DNA of 64,000 nucleotides from an uncultured Gammaproteobacteria bacterium (GTDB lineage Bacteria; Pseudomonadota; Gammaproteobacteria; JABCZS01): NCBI GenBank assembly GCA_963848305.1, contig CAWKDC010000001.1, positions 544,001 to 608,000 of the forward strand, read 5' to 3'. Shown piece by piece: positions 61,009 to 64,000 of this stretch (position 1 is its first letter; each line of letters starts with the position of its first letter). The notes under the pieces were generated by a model. It saw only the letters and a program-made list of their open reading frames with translations, ran no database searches and was not told where the DNA came from. The position numbers and the translations under genes were made by a program.

Positions 61009-62292
61009 CTACACCCAGCGCATCATATCATTGAATAAGGCAACAAGCATCAGTGAAATCAAAATAATGATGCCCACACGCAGCGCGATCTCCTGCGCTC
61101 GTTCACTCAACGGCCGACGCAAAACAATTTCAACAAGATAAAATAATAAATGTCCACCATCTAACATTGGAATGGGCAACAAATTAAGCACAGCCAAACC
61201 AATACTGATCATGGACAAGAAATAGAGGTATGTGACTGCCCCCCTCTCTGCTGAAACACCCGCTGCATACGCAATCGTCACCGGACCACCAATATTATCA
61301 AAAGACGCACGGCCTGTCGCCATCTGCGCGAATAATTTTAAATTTAAAACGGCCATGCTATAAGTTTGTTTCACGGCTTCCTGTGCACTGATTTGCCAGC
61401 CTAACGCTCCCTTGCGCATGTATGCTTCAGGAAAATGCGCCCCTATCATCCCTGTGCCATCAGGGCGAGTGGACGGCGTGACGGTCAATTGAATATGTTT
61501 GCCCTCGCGCAAAATATCGAATGCGAGCATTTGCTTGGGATGCTCGCTGATCGTTTTGATCAGGTTTTCCCAGGACTCGATAGGCTGTTGATTGATCTTC
61601 ACAACCGTATCTCCCCGATTTAACCCGGCTTGCATCGCAGGGGAATCGGGCGAGATGGCGCCCAACTCAGCCGGCCACGAGAAGGTGATTTCCTTCATGG
61701 CGTTGAGGGGTTGCTGCAGCACAATGGTTTGTGGTTTTGTATCACGCAGTACCAACACATCCACACTGGGCTTTCCTTCGCTGACCATCAGCACTTGTTG
61801 CACATTGTCCACCGTGGGTGTGGGATGACCGTCAATCGCCATTAACTCATCCTCAGGACGCAACCCACTTTGATAGATAACAGAATCGGTAGAGATTGCT
61901 CCTAACAATGGAATAGGCGCTTCAAATCCAATTTTGAAAACACCGAATAAAAGAAGCACTGCGAGGATTAAATTAAAAACAGGTCCCGCCAATACAATCA
62001 CAAAACGCTTCCATACATTTTGGCGGTTAAATGCGTAGGGCAAATCGCCTTCAGCGACCTCCCCTTCACGTTCATCCAGCATTTTAACGTATCCGCCGAG
62101 TGGAATGGCGCAGAGACAATACTCCACCCCATCGCGAGCACGATAAGACCATAACACTTTTCCAAACCCCACAGCAAAGCGCAGCACCTTCACGCCACAA
62201 CGACGTGCCACCCAAAAATGCCCGAATTCATGAAAGGGAACGAGAATAGCCACTGCGAGCAGGAATGCGAGTAGGCTGGTTATGATCGACAC
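61009..62292 (-). CDS. rseP: RIP metalloprotease RseP
   Basis: HEFGH, AIPLGGYVKM, two PDZ domains, NLLPIPMLDGGH. Confidence 0.96.
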   Translation of the reverse strand: MSIITSLLAFLLAVAILVPFHEFGHFWVARRCGVKVLRFAVGFGKVLWSYRARDGVEYCLCAIPLGGYVKMLDEREGEVAEGDLPYAFNRQNVWKRFVIVLAGPVFNLILAVLLLFGVFKIGFEAPIPLLGAISTDSVIYQSGLRPEDELMAIDGHPTPTVDNVQQVLMVSEGKPSVDVLVLRDTKPQTIVLQQPLNAMKEITFSWPAELGAISPDSPAMQAGLNRGDTVVKINQQPIESWENLIKTISEHPKQMLAFDILREGKHIQLTVTPSTRPDGTGMIGAHFPEAYMRKGALGWQISAQEAVKQTYSMAVLNLKLFAQMATGRASFDNIGGPVTIAYAAGVSAERGAVTYLYFLSMISIGLAVLNLLPIPMLDGGHLLFYLVEIVLRRPLSERAQEIALRVGIIILISLMLVALFNDMMRWV

Positions 62293-62323
62293 TGAATGCT
62301 CCTTTTTCTATGTCATGTTGCCG

Positions 62324-62354
62324 ATTATACTGTTTTAAGGAGGATTCGTGTCAA
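62324..62354 (-). promoter_or_regulatory. Possible internal sigma70 promoter for rseP-bamA
   Basis: Minus strand TTGACA-N19-TATAAT (consensus hexamers, long spacer). Confidence 0.5.
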
Positions 62355-62419
62355 AAAAATGATGTGTGCCCAGCAGGAGCCCAGATGACCAAAGAGTTTG
62401 ATACGCCCAGGGTAGAAAT

Positions 62420-63571
62420 CTATTTAGCCTGGTTAGTAGCATCATTCAATCGCAACACATCTTCTAAAGTATTAATCGCGATACGAGGCTGAGAAATCAG
62501 TGCTTTTTCAATCAACACGGGAATATCGGTGAACGCAATTTTTTTATCTAAAAAAGATTGAACAGCCATTTCATTTGCGGCATTGAATATAATCACATCT
62601 GCCTGCCCCGCTTTCATCGCTTGCATTGCCAAATCAAAACACGGAAATTGACCAGGATTTAACGCTTCAAATTGCAATGACAAGGGATTGCTGAGCAATC
62701 GCGACGGTACGACACCAGAATCAATTCTATCCGGCCAACCCAAAGCATAGCTGATGGCAATACGCATGTCGGGTTCACCCAAATGCGTGAGCACCGAACC
62801 GTCAATATATTCAACGAGCGCATGCACCGTGCTTTGGGGATGAATCAGCACGCCCAATTGTTCACAGGGTAAATCAAATAAGAAATGGGCTTCAATGATC
62901 TCAAGCCCTTTATTCGCTAGCGTTGCAGAATCGACTGAGATTTTAGCGCCCATATTCCAGCGCGGATGACGCACCGCTTGCTCTGGCGTGATATCTTTCA
63001 ATGCGTCTGGGGCGTGACGTAAAAATGGGCCACCTGATGCCGTTAAATACACGCGTGAAACAGGAGACCGATCAGCATGACGCGTGTCTTTCCAGCATTG
63101 AAATACAGCGTTGTGTTCACTATCAACTGGGATGATCGTCGCACCTGATTGTTTGGCAGCGTCTAGAAATAATGGCCCCGCCATCACCAACGATTCTTTA
63201 TTCGCCAATAATATTTTTTTACCAGTGCTTGCAGCCGCCATAGACGCGCGCAAGCCCGCACCGCCAACAATCCCTGTCATCACCGCATCCACATCAGGAT
63301 GAGAAGCAATCATGCATAACGCGTCCTCCCCTGATAGCACGGTGGTTTTCACTTGATGTGCAGATAATTGTTGGGATAGCGTGTCAGCGGCCTTTGCATC
63401 CATCATCACGGCATAAACCGGTTGCCATCTTAAACAGAGCGCTAGCATGGCATCCGCTGAGCGATGTGCCGATAATGCGAAAATTTTAAATCGATCGGGA
63501 TGCAATGCGACAACATCCAATGTTTGTCGGCCAATGGACCCTGTCGCGCCCAATAACGTCAGCTGGATCAT
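62420..63571 (-). CDS. dxr: 1-deoxy-D-xylulose-5-phosphate reductoisomerase
   Basis: LGATGSIG, LANKESLV, PVDSEH, HP.W.MG.KISVDSAT. Confidence 0.97.
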   Translation of the reverse strand: MIQLTLLGATGSIGRQTLDVVALHPDRFKIFALSAHRSADAMLALCLRWQPVYAVMMDAKAADTLSQQLSAHQVKTTVLSGEDALCMIASHPDVDAVMTGIVGGAGLRASMAAASTGKKILLANKESLVMAGPLFLDAAKQSGATIIPVDSEHNAVFQCWKDTRHADRSPVSRVYLTASGGPFLRHAPDALKDITPEQAVRHPRWNMGAKISVDSATLANKGLEIIEAHFLFDLPCEQLGVLIHPQSTVHALVEYIDGSVLTHLGEPDMRIAISYALGWPDRIDSGVVPSRLLSNPLSLQFEALNPGQFPCFDLAMQAMKAGQADVIIFNAANEMAVQSFLDKKIAFTDIPVLIEKALISQPRIAINTLEDVLRLNDATNQAK

Positions 63572-64000
63572 AGGACACCCAAAGTAATCATCAACGCGAG
63601 ACCAGGTGTCAGTGCGATCAAACTGTCGAAGCGATCGAGCAATCCGCCATGACCTGGCAACAGTGTGCCACTGTCTTTAACGCCGCCGATCCGCTTCAAC
63701 GCACTTTCAAACAAATCACCCACGACAGCCAGCATGACCGCATCAGCCACTAACATGAAGCTGATGAGAGAAAATGGATGATGCAACACATAATGATAAT
63801 ATGCCCATAACGCCAAACACGTCATGACGATACCGCCTATTAAGCCTTCAATCGTTTTGCCCGGGGTGATCAAGGGAGCCATTTTGTGTCGTCCGATCAG
63901 CCTACCAACACAATACGCACCTGTATCGCTGCACCAGACCAATAAGAAAAGCATCAGCAGCCAATAGGTGCCCTTGGGGTAACGCATCTAACGTCAGCAA
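63568..64000 (-). CDS. cdsA: Phosphatidate cytidylyltransferase, 3' part only (5' end outside window), apparent +1 frameshift near 63975
   Basis: DTGAY..GR, PGKTIEG, GDLFESALKR..GVKDSG.LLPGHGGLLDRFDS; upstream frame LLTLDALPQG. Confidence 0.92.

Noticed and set aside
61-63302. Many short ORFs in the six-frame track overlapping larger genes
   Set aside because: They are antisense or alternate-frame shadows with no motifs; they were used only where they complete a frameshifted gene.
1-64000. CRISPR array, rRNA, IS transposase, prophage
   Set aside because: No regularly spaced repeat-spacer array, rRNA-like sequence, transposase or phage gene was recognised.

Overview
A 64-kb chromosomal segment from a gammaproteobacterium. 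The gene content (ankyrin, cyclin-like and orphan membrane proteins among core genes) suggests a host- or protist-associated, Legionellales/Coxiellales-like organism; this is inference. The backbone is housekeeping: lpoA-like/rsmI, fumC, mscK-like, rnt, nadE, fadD, htpG, xerD-dsbC, suhB-trmJ, aceE-aceF-lpdA, tRNA-Val(GAC), secA/dciA and cdsA-dxr-rseP-bamA-skp-lpxD-fabZ-lpxA-lpxB-rnhB-dnaE. The main accessory items are: (1) a eukaryote-like cyclin-box protein (cyclin Y/PHO80 type) right after dnaE; (2) a lipid cluster (7.8-16.4 kb) in which a stand-alone plant CER1/CER3-like di-iron enzyme converges on a fatty-acyl-reductase-type SDR co-transcribed with an RND pump, next to FadL, a beta-barrel OMP and an FMN reductase, a candidate bacterial alkane/wax pathway; (3) an islet between tRNA-Val and secA with an 874-bp-period tandem duplication of DUF4239 genes, each with a conserved leader hairpin, bracketed by two paralogous 4-TM orphans; (4) an F-box-like/ankyrin protein whose SD sits inside a perfect hairpin; (5) the aspartyl protease/7TM-transglutaminase/ATP-grasp operon; (6) GTAG-type REP-like repeats that supply stop codons to three genes, plus a CGTC-type MITE-like element. 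About nine single-site frameshifts, several in normally essential genes, look like long-read consensus errors and cluster at GGNCC and GCACC contexts. All family calls come from motif recognition by eye; no database search was run.
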